From a virus (taxonomy: Duplodnaviria; Caudoviricetes), in IMG/VR virus record IMGVR_UViG_3300025445_000001, positions 1 through 59,643 of that record: 59,643 nt of DNA. One strand, written 5' to 3'. Numbering within the stretch: the first letter of the stretch is position 1; every line of letters begins with the position of its first letter. This document shows, one piece after another, positions 47,173 to 56,204 of this stretch. Both the position numbers and the translations under genes were made by a program. The notes below the pieces were generated by a model. That model made no database searches, was not told the DNA's origin, and saw nothing but the letters and a program-made list of their open reading frames with translations.

Positions 47173-47422
47173 GCAGCTAGGATGGTTCACCCCGGAAGAT
47201 ATCTCAGCTCTTGCCGGGGTCCCCATCCACGCCGCCAATTCTCGCTTGAACCTCATGCTTCGCCAGCGCATAGTGCTGCGCGAAGAGGGACGTTTCCGTC
47301 TCGCGTTGCAGCCCGAACCGCCCAGCGACAGGGAGCGCCATCTCTCCATGCTGATGGGCAACCTCCGGTACCAGGACTTCATCCCAAGGAGAATGCAGAA
47401 TGCGAATCCTCGTAGCCTGTGA
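47135..47422 (+). CDS. Putative winged-helix DNA-binding protein
   Basis: FT..DIS...GV....A..RL..M.....V......F.L pattern. Confidence 0.5.
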   Translation: MQWSKKIYQQISEQLGWFTPEDISALAGVPIHAANSRLNLMLRQRIVLREEGRFRLALQPEPPSDRERHLSMLMGNLRYQDFIPRRMQNANPRSL

Positions 47423-47972
47423 GTACAGCGGTCGTGTCCGTGATGCCTTCATCGCACGGGGTCACGACGCAATCTCCTGTGATCTCCTCCCTTCCGAAAC
47501 TCCCGGCCCCCACGTGCAGGGTGACGTGGTTCCCCTCCTCTCCCAACCTTGGGACATGATCGTAGCCTTTCCTCCTTGCACCTACCTCAGCTCCTCCGGT
47601 ATCCACTGGAACTCTCGCATCCCCGGGAGGGACAGTCTCACGCAGGAAGCCAGCGAGTTCTTCATGCTCTTCGCCAACTCTCAGTGCCCCCGCATCGCAA
47701 TCGAGAACCCCGTGGGTGTCATGTCCTCCAGGTGGCGCAAGCCTGACCAGATCATACAGCCGTGGATGTTTGGCGAGGATGCATCCAAGCGCACCTGCCT
47801 GTGGCTCAAGGGTCTTCCCGCCTTGCAGCCTACCAACATCCTGACGCGCCAACGATACGCCAACCAGACACCGACAGGACAGAACAACTTGGGTCCTTCG
47901 CCCCAACGTGCCAAGCTGCGCAGCCTCACCTATCAGGGCATCGCTGATGCGATGGCTGCCCAATGGGGATGA
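47400..47972 (+). CDS. Compact phage DNA cytosine methyltransferase-like protein
   Basis: LVACEYSG, SCDL, FPPCTYL (PC), ENPVG, QPW.FG, K.TCLWL, RS.T..GIA.AMA.QWG. Confidence 0.8.
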   Translation: MRILVACEYSGRVRDAFIARGHDAISCDLLPSETPGPHVQGDVVPLLSQPWDMIVAFPPCTYLSSSGIHWNSRIPGRDSLTQEASEFFMLFANSQCPRIAIENPVGVMSSRWRKPDQIIQPWMFGEDASKRTCLWLKGLPALQPTNILTRQRYANQTPTGQNNLGPSPQRAKLRSLTYQGIADAMAAQWG

Positions 47973-48291
47973 AGTACAAGAACATCGACGGCAGCATCTT
48001 CCGTGGAGACAAGCAACTCCTCGTTGTCGTGTCCGTGGAATGCACCCCTGCCCTCCGCAATCGCATCTGCGATACCCTCATCGCCATTCTCAACAAGGAG
48101 AAACCCAGTGACAGAAAGCCCCCCGGAAATCGTGCTTCGCATCGCATCCGCTCTCGCTCTGGTCCAGTTCCCACATAAGGACTGGAACCTCTACAACGAC
48201 GAGGTGAAGGGCTTCTACATCAAGGACGCCAAAGAAATCCTGGATGCCCTGCACCATGCGGGCTACACCCTTACGCGAAAGGAACAGTGAC

Positions 48292-48588
48292 ATGCGTATC
48301 CTCAGCCCCGAGCAAGCCTACTTCGCCCAGGAAGACGCCACCGAGGAGCAGCAGCGCGCCCAGGAATCCCTCCGCAACGTGGAGAAATACCAAGCCGCCA
48401 TCCTCAAGGCCATCACCGTCTTCCTCCGTGACCTCCGCAACGTCATCGATGCCGAGAGCTGCGACGGTGGCAACGGCACCATCATCACCGACGAGGACTT
48501 CAAGGGTATCCTCGACATGGCCCACGACATGGTCCACGAGCTGGGCTACGATCAGGTCCATGCCCTGCGAGAGAGGGGTGGCATATGA
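48292..48588 (+). CDS. Hypothetical protein (98 aa)
   Basis: AAGGA RBS; codon bias. Confidence 0.6.
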   Translation: MRILSPEQAYFAQEDATEEQQRAQESLRNVEKYQAAILKAITVFLRDLRNVIDAESCDGGNGTIITDEDFKGILDMAHDMVHELGYDQVHALRERGGI

Positions 48589-48664
48589 CCCGCCCCCATC
48601 TCATCACCATCACCCTCGCCGCCTACCTAATCATGTGGGCCTGCGCCCTTTGGGAGTCCCTGCC

Positions 48665-49156
48665 ATGAGCGACCTAATCACATCTCTGCGCGCACTAGCT
48701 GCCGCGCGCCACGACGATCTGTCTATCGCTGTTGATGCGGTGATCGAGATCGAGCGGCAACGCGCGGAGATCGAACGTCTACATCGGGCGCATCAAACCG
48801 CATGTGAGGGCGGGGATCTGCTGCGCGCGGAGAACGAGCGGCTGCGCGCGGATCTCGCCACCCAACAGGGATGTTGCGATGGTGCCGCAGCGCAGGATGC
48901 TCACGTCAGGCAAGAGCGCGAGGAGCATAAGGCCGAGGTCGAGAAGCTGCGCGAAAACAACAAGCGGATGCGCGAGTTGCTGAGCGCAATTCAGATCGAC
49001 ACAAATGCCGATGGCTCCGTCTGGTTGACGTTGTCACCGTCAGCCTATCCCGGGTTCATTGCAGTTGTCTATCTCGGCAGCGAAAGACTTATGGCTGGAA
49101 CAGCCGCGTTGCTATTTGATGAGTTGCGCCGCAAGGCGCTGGAGGGCAACCCATGA
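48665..49156 (+). CDS. Coiled-coil hypothetical protein, cassette 1
   Basis: MSDLI start; EIERL repeats; ends LEGNP. Confidence 0.6.
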   Translation: MSDLITSLRALAAARHDDLSIAVDAVIEIERQRAEIERLHRAHQTACEGGDLLRAENERLRADLATQQGCCDGAAAQDAHVRQEREEHKAEVEKLRENNKRMRELLSAIQIDTNADGSVWLTLSPSAYPGFIAVVYLGSERLMAGTAALLFDELRRKALEGNP

Positions 49157-49524
49157 GTGACCTAATCGCACTAGCGCGACGCCATACGCACGTCGCACCA
49201 ACGCACTACGAAGGATGCGAGGCCGACCACATCGGCTGCCTCGTCAACAAGCTGGCCGACGAGATCGAGGGGCTACGCGCGCAGCTAGAGGACCGTTACG
49301 TTGCGATGCGTGTCCGACAGTTGGAGGGGGCGCTAGACGCTGAGCGACAGACCGTGAGACGGCTGCGCGAGGCGCTGCGCTGGTACGCCGATCCGCGCAA
49401 CCATTTCCCTGTCGAGCGTCGCAACCCCGGCGATCCTGACCCCGCTGCGATCTTCATCTGGGAGCCTCCGATCATGAGCGATGGCGGACACCGAGCGCGC
49501 GAGGCGCTGGAGGGCAAGCCATGA
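49153..49524 (+). CDS. Hypothetical protein, cassette 2
   Basis: MSDLI start; LREALRWYAD...DGG.RAR.AL; ends LEGKP. Confidence 0.65.
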   Translation: MSDLIALARRHTHVAPTHYEGCEADHIGCLVNKLADEIEGLRAQLEDRYVAMRVRQLEGALDAERQTVRRLREALRWYADPRNHFPVERRNPGDPDPAAIFIWEPPIMSDGGHRAREALEGKP

Positions 49525-49712
49525 CCCGCCTCTTTGCGGCAGCAGCCACCCTTTTCGTCGCGGCAGCCCTGATCGCTCAGCGAGACGTGATCGTGAAGCT
49601 GCGCGCGGAGAACGAGAAGATGCACACGGCTCTGTATCGGATCGCACTACAGGGGCCATTTGCTGACGACCCGTGGACGATTGCGCGCAATGCACTGGAG
49701 GGCAAGCCATGA
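49521..49712 (+). CDS. Hypothetical protein, cassette 3
   Basis: Ends IARNALEGKP; ATGA overlap. Confidence 0.55.
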   Translation: MTRLFAAAATLFVAAALIAQRDVIVKLRAENEKMHTALYRIALQGPFADDPWTIARNALEGKP

Positions 49713-49719
49713 CCCGCCG

Positions 49720-49992
49720 ATGGAGAAAGAAGAAATGAAGCACCCACACCAGATAGCCTTGGCGCAGCGCCGCTTCAGAGGTCATGCCTCCGGCATCGAG
49801 CCCGTGCTGAAGGAACTACATTCCCTCTTGAAGCAACGGCCAGGCTATGTTACCCAGATCTACCGGCGGGCTGGTGTCGATACCAAGACACCGCGCCGCT
49901 GGTTCCGCAGAGGTTCACCAACCATCGCTTCACTCACTGCCGTCCTAAACACCATGGGCTACAAACTTGCCATTGAAAGGAAATCCAAATGA
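49720..49992 (+). CDS. HTH (XRE-like) protein
   Basis: I.RRAGV......RW.....PTI.SL.AVLN.MGYKL; start uncertain. Confidence 0.6.
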   Translation: MEKEEMKHPHQIALAQRRFRGHASGIEPVLKELHSLLKQRPGYVTQIYRRAGVDTKTPRRWFRRGSPTIASLTAVLNTMGYKLAIERKSK

Positions 49993-50231
49993 TCCCCATC
50001 CAGAAGAACATCCCCGTCCCCCCTGCAGCCGTTGGCCGCAAGCGCATCTACCCCTTCCAGGAAATGGAAGTCGGAGACTCCTTCTTCCAGCAGGGTGACA
50101 ATCCCGAACTCCTTCGCAGTCGCGTTGCCGGTAGCGCCTCCGTCTACGGCAAGTCCTCCGGCAAGAAGTTCATCTCCCGCATCGTGCAGGAGGACTCCGT
50201 CCCCGGCATCCGTGTCTGGAGGATTGCATGA
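49989..50231 (+). CDS. Small putative DNA-binding protein, paralog of 42376-42594
   Basis: YPFQEMEVGDSF...GIRVWRIA. Confidence 0.7.
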   Translation: MIPIQKNIPVPPAAVGRKRIYPFQEMEVGDSFFQQGDNPELLRSRVAGSASVYGKSSGKKFISRIVQEDSVPGIRVWRIA

Positions 50232-50647
50232 GCTGGGACCAACGCTTCCTTGACCTTGCCATCCACGTATCCTCATGGAGCAAGGACCCCTCCACCAAGG
50301 TGGGTGCCGTCCTCGTGGGTACGGACAAGCGACAGGTAGCGTTGGGCTACAACGGTTTCCCCTCAGGCATGGCCGATGACTCCCGCCTCAACACCCGGGA
50401 GTCTCGGCTGCGCTACACCCTACACGCAGAGCGCAACGTCCTTGACAACGCCACCTTCCCCACGGCAGGGTCCACCCTCTACACGACCCATCCCCCGTGC
50501 TGCGCCTGCGCCCTCAGCATCGTCTCGAAAGGAGTCTCCCGTGTGGTATCTCTTCCAATGGATTCGGGCTTCCATGCCCGCTGGGGTAGCGAGGTCTTTG
50601 TCTCGCGCAGCATCCTGGCTGAGTGCGAAGTTGCTTGTAATTTCTGA
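50228..50647 (+). CDS. dCMP deaminase
   Basis: SKDPSTKVGA, GYNGFP, HAE, PC..C. Confidence 0.92.
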   Translation: MSWDQRFLDLAIHVSSWSKDPSTKVGAVLVGTDKRQVALGYNGFPSGMADDSRLNTRESRLRYTLHAERNVLDNATFPTAGSTLYTTHPPCCACALSIVSKGVSRVVSLPMDSGFHARWGSEVFVSRSILAECEVACNF

Positions 50648-50919
50648 CCTCGTCCTCGCCCTCCTCCTTGGCGTTGGCTTCCTCGTCATGATGGCGTGGG
50701 TCCTGGCCTTCTACCTCCTGCCCTTCTTCGGAGTACTGGCCCTATGGCGCATCGTCTTCTGACGCTGGCCGCCACCATCAACGGCTACCCGCCCGGCACC
50801 CCCGTGAAGATCATGCTTGACGAGCGGCACACGGTGGAGCTAGGTACCAGCTACGACATCATCCTCCCTGACGGGACGATGTCGTGGGCTTATCTTGATG
50901 AAATCATGTGGAGTGAACC

Positions 50920-51672
50920 ATGCCAAGTTTCTCTCAGCACCCCAACCAGCGCAGGATGAAACTCCTCCTGCTGGGGGATCCGGGTGCAGGCAAGACCGGC
51001 CTCTTGGCCACCCTTGCCAACAACGACTACAAGGTTCGCATCGTGGACCTTGACAACAACCTCGCCATCCTCAACGCCTACCTCAAGCCGGGGAAGGCGG
51101 AGAACATTTCCTACTTCTCCATCCCGGCCAAGGACCCGGAGTCGTGGAAGAAGTCCGTAAGCATCTCCACCAAGTGGACGCTGCCCGACGAGGACCTCGG
51201 TGAACTCACCACCTGGGACAGCAACACCGTGCTCGTCATCGACAGCGCCTCTTTCTGGAACGACACCTGCATGTCCCAAGTCCTCAAGGAGAACGGCATC
51301 GCTGACGACAAGGCGGGCTTCGACCAGTCCCTCTGGGGCGTCATGAACAAACGCTTCGAGACGCAGGTTGCGCGCCTCACCTCGGATCGCTACAAGTTCC
51401 ACCTGATCCTCATCGCCCACATTCGCATGATCGAGAACAAGAAGACCGGCGGCATCATGCGCGCCTTCCCTTCCTTCCTCGGTCAACAGCTCCCCAACGT
51501 GGTGGCCCGCTACATGAACAACGTCTGGCTCGCTTCGCGCAAGGATGGCAAGCCGGTGTTGCACACGCAGACCACTCGTGATATGAGCTACCTCAAATGC
51601 AGCGCACCCCATCGGGTGAATGCAGAAGCGCCATTCGATCTGGGCGCAATCTTCAAGCAGATCGAACTGTGA
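50920..51672 (+). CDS. AAA/RecA-like ATPase (Sak4-like recombinase)
   Basis: GDPGAGKT, IVDLD, LVIDS, LIAH; adjacent to an SSB-like gene. Confidence 0.75.
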   Translation: MPSFSQHPNQRRMKLLLLGDPGAGKTGLLATLANNDYKVRIVDLDNNLAILNAYLKPGKAENISYFSIPAKDPESWKKSVSISTKWTLPDEDLGELTTWDSNTVLVIDSASFWNDTCMSQVLKENGIADDKAGFDQSLWGVMNKRFETQVARLTSDRYKFHLILIAHIRMIENKKTGGIMRAFPSFLGQQLPNVVARYMNNVWLASRKDGKPVLHTQTTRDMSYLKCSAPHRVNAEAPFDLGAIFKQIEL

Positions 51673-51683
51673 AAGGAAAGAAA

Positions 51684-52088
51684 ATGTCCGAGAACATCTA
51701 CACCCTCGAAGACCTCGAAGGCCGCAAGTTCCTCCCCAAGGGCAAGTACGCTGGCATCATCAGCGGCACCCTCTCCGGCACCACTGCGAAGGGCACCCGC
51801 ACGGTGCGCTTCCTCATCCGTCCGGAGGAGCCGCTCTCGGGCCAGGACATCGAGGGTGTCGAGATGAACGTGGAACTCAAGTCCTCCACCTTCTTCGATA
51901 CCAAGGCCGCCATCAGCATCCTCGCTGACGTGGTGCGTCGCGTGAACCCGTCTGCCATCAAGGCTGGCACGGCGGTGGAAATCGCCAGCGCCATCGTTGG
52001 GGAGCAGGTCAAGTTCGACTTCACCGAGTCGAAGTCGCAGGACGGCACCCGCACCTACTGGGAGTGCGTCAACATCACTGCCGCCTGA
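51684..52088 (+). CDS. Putative single-stranded DNA-binding protein (OB fold)
   Basis: LP.G.Y motif; follows the ATPase; strongly biased codons. Confidence 0.55.
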   Translation: MSENIYTLEDLEGRKFLPKGKYAGIISGTLSGTTAKGTRTVRFLIRPEEPLSGQDIEGVEMNVELKSSTFFDTKAAISILADVVRRVNPSAIKAGTAVEIASAIVGEQVKFDFTESKSQDGTRTYWECVNITAA

Positions 52089-52260
52089 CACGTGGCGTCA
52101 CCTGCCCAGTGGTGAGCGAGGGGGCGGCATCCCCCACCCTATTTCCCCTAGCCGCAGTGTACGTGGAGGGGTGAGCGGCAGCATCCTCAAGGCTGGAGAC
52201 TTGCACTGCGGTCTCCTTCACCAGTCTCCAGCCTCCTGCCGCACTTATACCTGAGGGGCC

Positions 52261-53232
52261 ATGATCTTCCTCCTAGACTATCCCAGCATCCATGAAGTGC
52301 GCAGTGGCTCCGCCCTGGTGGGCTACCCTGCGACCATGCTGGACATAGCCATGCGCTACGCCGGGATGCCCAAGCCTCCCATGGCCATGCTCTTCCGCAG
52401 CATGCCCAAGTTCTCCAGTCCTTCCAGCTACTTCCACCCCAAGAAGGAATACCCTGGTGAAGCCAGAAACAATCCCTACCACTACCAGCATGGATACCTT
52501 AGGTCGGAGTTCCTGCCAGATTACAATCGAGTACGAGACGAGTGCAGGCAACACAAGTTCATTGTCCCTCTGGGTGATCTTGCCCTTTGGTGCCTTACGG
52601 GCGACAAGATGCTGGATCACCGGGGAACAATCCTCTACTGGGAAGACCGTCGTGTCCTCCCAACCCACAATCCCCGGGCTATTGTAAGGGACCACTCCCT
52701 CATGCCCGTCCTTGCCATGGACCTCAAGAAGGCATGGCAGGAATCCCTCAAGACCCGCAGTGTCTTCCCGCGCCGCAGCATCCACATAGTGGAGAGCCCC
52801 CGGGACATGCACCTCTGCATCGATGCCTGCCTCAAGTCAGGCTCCTTTGCCTTCGACGTGGAGACCAAGGACAAGCAGATCACCGTCATCTGCTTCGCCC
52901 CCTCCCCCAAGGAAGTCTACGTCGTACCCTTCTGGAATCCCCACACCATCTTCTCCTTCAAGGATGAGCTGCACCTCTGGGCCCTCATCCAGATCCTCTT
53001 CCTCCTGCCTCTTAGGCGCATGGCACAGAACGCCACCTACGATCTCACCTACCTCCGCGCCCACGGTATCCAGGTACCCGGTGTTGTTGACGACACCATG
53101 CTCATGAGCCATAGTAACGAGATCGAATGGCCCAAGTCCCTTGGCTTCCTCGGCAGCATCTACTGCAACGAGAAGTCATGGAAGCTCTTGCGCCAGGGCA
53201 AGGTGAAGGATAGGAACAAGAAGGATGAATGA
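52261..53232 (+). CDS. DNA polymerase N-part: degenerate family-4 UDG fold plus 3'-5' exonuclease motifs I and II
   Basis: PLGD.AL, RG, PTHNP (UDG-like); FDVET, QNATYD, DDTML..H. Confidence 0.8.
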   Translation: MIFLLDYPSIHEVRSGSALVGYPATMLDIAMRYAGMPKPPMAMLFRSMPKFSSPSSYFHPKKEYPGEARNNPYHYQHGYLRSEFLPDYNRVRDECRQHKFIVPLGDLALWCLTGDKMLDHRGTILYWEDRRVLPTHNPRAIVRDHSLMPVLAMDLKKAWQESLKTRSVFPRRSIHIVESPRDMHLCIDACLKSGSFAFDVETKDKQITVICFAPSPKEVYVVPFWNPHTIFSFKDELHLWALIQILFLLPLRRMAQNATYDLTYLRAHGIQVPGVVDDTMLMSHSNEIEWPKSLGFLGSIYCNEKSWKLLRQGKVKDRNKKDE

Positions 53233-53524
53233 TCTCTTCGTGGCCCAAGGCTGGGACGACATCACCTACTACATGGCCGACGCACTTGAAGGCCGCAGCC
53301 TTGTGCCAGAAGAGAAACTCCTCCTAGCCATCATCATCCAAGCCGTGGACGATGCCACCAACCCCAACACTCCAGAGCACCATCGTCGTGCTGCACGTAG
53401 CGTGATCTTCTCCTCCTCGGCCACGGAACTCAAGGGCATGTGCAACCTCCTCGACCTGGACTACTCGCTGTTCCGCAGCCGTGTCCAGCGCATGATCGAC
53501 AAGGGCGATACCCTGAGGCGATGA
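53225..53524 (+). CDS. Hypothetical protein (99 aa)
   Basis: E..L..AII.QAV.DA...C.LL.L motif. Confidence 0.65.
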   Translation: MNDLFVAQGWDDITYYMADALEGRSLVPEEKLLLAIIIQAVDDATNPNTPEHHRRAARSVIFSSSATELKGMCNLLDLDYSLFRSRVQRMIDKGDTLRR

Positions 53525-53679
53525 ACTACGAGCCCCCCACCCTGGCCTACGCCACGCGCACCAGCGACATCACACTCAACGTCGTGCTGCAGGGAACCCT
53601 GCATCGCATCCCCCTCCCCCGGCGCCAAGCCTACCACCTCATGCTCACCCTCATGCTCGCATTGGAGCAGGACCAGTGA
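53521..53679 (+). CDS. Hypothetical protein (52 aa)
   Basis: ATGA and GTGA overlaps. Confidence 0.55.
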   Translation: MNYEPPTLAYATRTSDITLNVVLQGTLHRIPLPRRQAYHLMLTLMLALEQDQ

Positions 53680-55064
53680 AGACCCTCTACTCGAACAGCC
53701 TTCCTGAGATGGACTTCCCCCTGCAGTACCTCGTGTACAATGGGCTCGATGGCATGCTCACCCAGGAGGTGGCAGCGGCAATACCCAAGTGCCCCACCTA
53801 CGAGTTCGAGCGCAGCCTCCTGCCCATGGTCCTCGACATGATGGAGCGGGGCATCCTCGTGGACATCGCGAAGCGCGACGCCATGGTGGCCGAGCTACGC
53901 GAGCAACACGACCGTGCGTTGCAGATCTTTGATCGCATCTGCAAGGGAGTGTGGGGACGCACCATCAACCCGCGCAGTTCCGTGCAACTCAAGAAGCTCC
54001 TCTACAAGGACCTCTACATCCCCGAGGTCTACGTATCCAAGAAGGGCGAGAAGAAACTCAGCACCGACCGCGATACCTTGGAGCGCCTGAGTCGCGAGCA
54101 CATACGCGCCATCCCCATCTGCCTGTGCCTCCTCACGCTACGTGACCTGGAGAAGACCATTGACACCCTTACCAAGGACCTTTCCCCTCACTCACGATGG
54201 CATGCTAGCTTCAATATTGGCGGCACGGATACCGGGCGCTGGAGCAGTAGTAGCCATCCATTTGGTTGGGGATCTAATCTTCAGAACATCGATGACTACA
54301 TCCGTCGCATATTCGTACCGGATCCTGGCTACGTCTTCGTCAACTGTGATCAACAGGGTGCTGAGGCCCGGGTTGTCGCATACCTGGCCGGAGATGAGAA
54401 TTACATCAGAGCCATCGAATCCGGAGATGTCCATACCATGGTGGCCGCTATGGTCTTCGGCTTTGAACCTAAGCGCGAGCTGGCGGATCGCAAGTACTAT
54501 CGAGAGATGTCCTTTCGCGATATCGCAAAGAGAGCTGCCCATGGTTCTAACTATGGTGGAACAGCTCACACGATATCTCGGGTCCTCAAGGTAGACCTGC
54601 CCGTCATCGAGGAGTTCCAGGCCAAGTACTTCAAGGCCTTCCCCTTCCTGCGCAAGTGGCAGATCTGGGTAGCCCAGCAACTGCAGACCGTGCGCTACCT
54701 CGTCACTCCCTTCGGTCGCCGCCGTACCTTCTGGGGTAATCCCCGGGATGACGCCACCGTGCGCGCCGCCATCGCCTACGTACCCCAGAGCACCGTGGGG
54801 GACATGACATCCCACGGATTGCTCTCCATCTACCAGAACCTTCCCGAAGTGCAGATCCTAAACAACATCCATGATGCTGCCTTCTGCCAGGTTCCCATGC
54901 ACCTCAAGGATAATCTTGTACCGGAGATACTTAAATGCTTGACACGTACCTTGGATGTGACGGATATTTGGGGGAAGACCCGCCCGATGCTCATACCCTG
55001 GGAGTACCAGGTCGGGATGAACTGGGGCAAGAAGAAGAAGGACAACCCCGATGGAATATCCTGA
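53676..55064 (+). CDS. polA: DNA polymerase family A catalytic subunit
   Basis: TGRWSS, NLQN, motif A DQQGAEAR, motif B R..AK...HG.NYG, TPFGRRR, motif C IHD. Confidence 0.93.
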   Translation: MKTLYSNSLPEMDFPLQYLVYNGLDGMLTQEVAAAIPKCPTYEFERSLLPMVLDMMERGILVDIAKRDAMVAELREQHDRALQIFDRICKGVWGRTINPRSSVQLKKLLYKDLYIPEVYVSKKGEKKLSTDRDTLERLSREHIRAIPICLCLLTLRDLEKTIDTLTKDLSPHSRWHASFNIGGTDTGRWSSSSHPFGWGSNLQNIDDYIRRIFVPDPGYVFVNCDQQGAEARVVAYLAGDENYIRAIESGDVHTMVAAMVFGFEPKRELADRKYYREMSFRDIAKRAAHGSNYGGTAHTISRVLKVDLPVIEEFQAKYFKAFPFLRKWQIWVAQQLQTVRYLVTPFGRRRTFWGNPRDDATVRAAIAYVPQSTVGDMTSHGLLSIYQNLPEVQILNNIHDAAFCQVPMHLKDNLVPEILKCLTRTLDVTDIWGKTRPMLIPWEYQVGMNWGKKKKDNPDGIS

Positions 55065-55227
55065 CTACCTAGGCTCCCGCCACTACACTACACTGTTGGC
55101 CAATCGCATCCGCGCCTACTACCGCAAGAAGGACATCGAGGTAGATGTGCGCGTCGAAAAGGAAGGAACCGTCTATGTCGTCCGCAGCAATCTCAGCTTC
55201 TCGTTTCCGCCTCCCCGGGCGCCGTGA
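55051..55227 (+). CDS. Hypothetical protein (58 aa), not in the ORF track
   Basis: DYL...LANRIRAYY...V.V......Y.VRSNL; overlaps the polA end. Confidence 0.55.
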   Translation: MEYPDYLGSRHYTTLLANRIRAYYRKKDIEVDVRVEKEGTVYVVRSNLSFSFPPPRAP

Positions 55228-55501
55228 AAGCACCATCGAGGACCTCTACTTCAACGGGGAACGCTACCACCTCAGCTACTCCACCCTCGGTGGGAAGGTG
55301 TGGGAGGTCTTCATCTCCGGCCCCCGTGCGGGCACCGACCTCTACGCCATCTGCTGCACCGCTGCCACCCTGGTGTCCCTCGCCCTGCAGCACGGTGTGC
55401 CCCTCGAAGTGATGCGTGATGCCGCCCTCCGTGACAAGGAAGGGAACCCGGTGGAAATCGTGGGGGCCGTCCTCGATGTCCTCGCCAACGCTGGGGCATA
55501 G
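55175..55501 (+). CDS. Stand-alone TSCPD-like domain (class II RNR C-terminal domain)
   Basis: R.RLP.RR...EVFI...A.LVSLALQHGVP. Confidence 0.75.
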   Translation: MSSAAISASRFRLPGRRESTIEDLYFNGERYHLSYSTLGGKVWEVFISGPRAGTDLYAICCTAATLVSLALQHGVPLEVMRDAALRDKEGNPVEIVGAVLDVLANAGA

Positions 55502-55904
55502 GCCCACCTACCTCTCGAAGGACAAGCCCACGCGCATCCAGCGCAAGGGTATCCTCTACGAGAAGAAGGTTGTACGTCACCTCGCTGAGACCGGGGACCT
55601 CAGCACCTTCCTCCTGCACGGGCAGTGGATCTACTGGGACAAGGCCGTGTGCCAGCCCGACATCATCGTCATCCCCCTGCAGGGTCCCATCGTGGTGGTG
55701 GAGGTGAAGCTCACCCGCAAGCGCAACGTGGAGAAGAAGCTGCGCGAGGTCTACGGCGAAGCATTGCAGCGCATATTCGCCGGGCGCCCCCTCGCCTTCT
55801 GCCAGATCTACAAGAACCTTGACGGCGGCGAGCCCTTCGCCTATGACCCTTGGGAGCTTCTCACCCTCAAACCCGGAGAGTATGGAGAAATCCTATGGCG
55901 GTAG
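55476..55904 (+). CDS. PD-(D/E)xK nuclease
   Basis: YE...QPDII...VVEVKLT. Confidence 0.65.
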   Translation: MSSPTLGHRPTYLSKDKPTRIQRKGILYEKKVVRHLAETGDLSTFLLHGQWIYWDKAVCQPDIIVIPLQGPIVVVEVKLTRKRNVEKKLREVYGEALQRIFAGRPLAFCQIYKNLDGGEPFAYDPWELLTLKPGEYGEILWR

Positions 55905-56200
55905 AGTTTAACACGACTCCTTTCAAGGTCACTCTTGAGTACATCGACAATGAGATTGCCCTCAAGATCATGCCAAAGGCCAATGCCAAGGAACTCATAA
56001 AGCCGAATGGGCAATATGAGGCAGAGGTCGATCTAGGTGTACTCATTTCGCGAGCCATGGAGGGGGCTTCATGGGAGGATGAGTATGGTCAAGTCTGGTA
56101 CGAACCCAAGCTGGAAGAGTCCATGAAGGACCTGATCAGTTTCGCCTACCAGCAGTTGGAAATCATGCAGGATAACTACAGGACTTTCCCGGAGGATTGA
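55895..56200 (+). CDS. Hypothetical protein (101 aa)
   Basis: GGAG RBS; coupled. Confidence 0.6.
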   Translation: MAVEFNTTPFKVTLEYIDNEIALKIMPKANAKELIKPNGQYEAEVDLGVLISRAMEGASWEDEYGQVWYEPKLEESMKDLISFAYQQLEIMQDNYRTFPED

Positions 56201-56204
56201 TGCC

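Noticed and set aside
53233-53675. Intron, intein or homing endonuclease interrupting polA
   Set aside because: The gap is filled by two coupled small ORFs with no HNH, GIY-YIG or LAGLIDADG motif; no intein termini or intron core recognised
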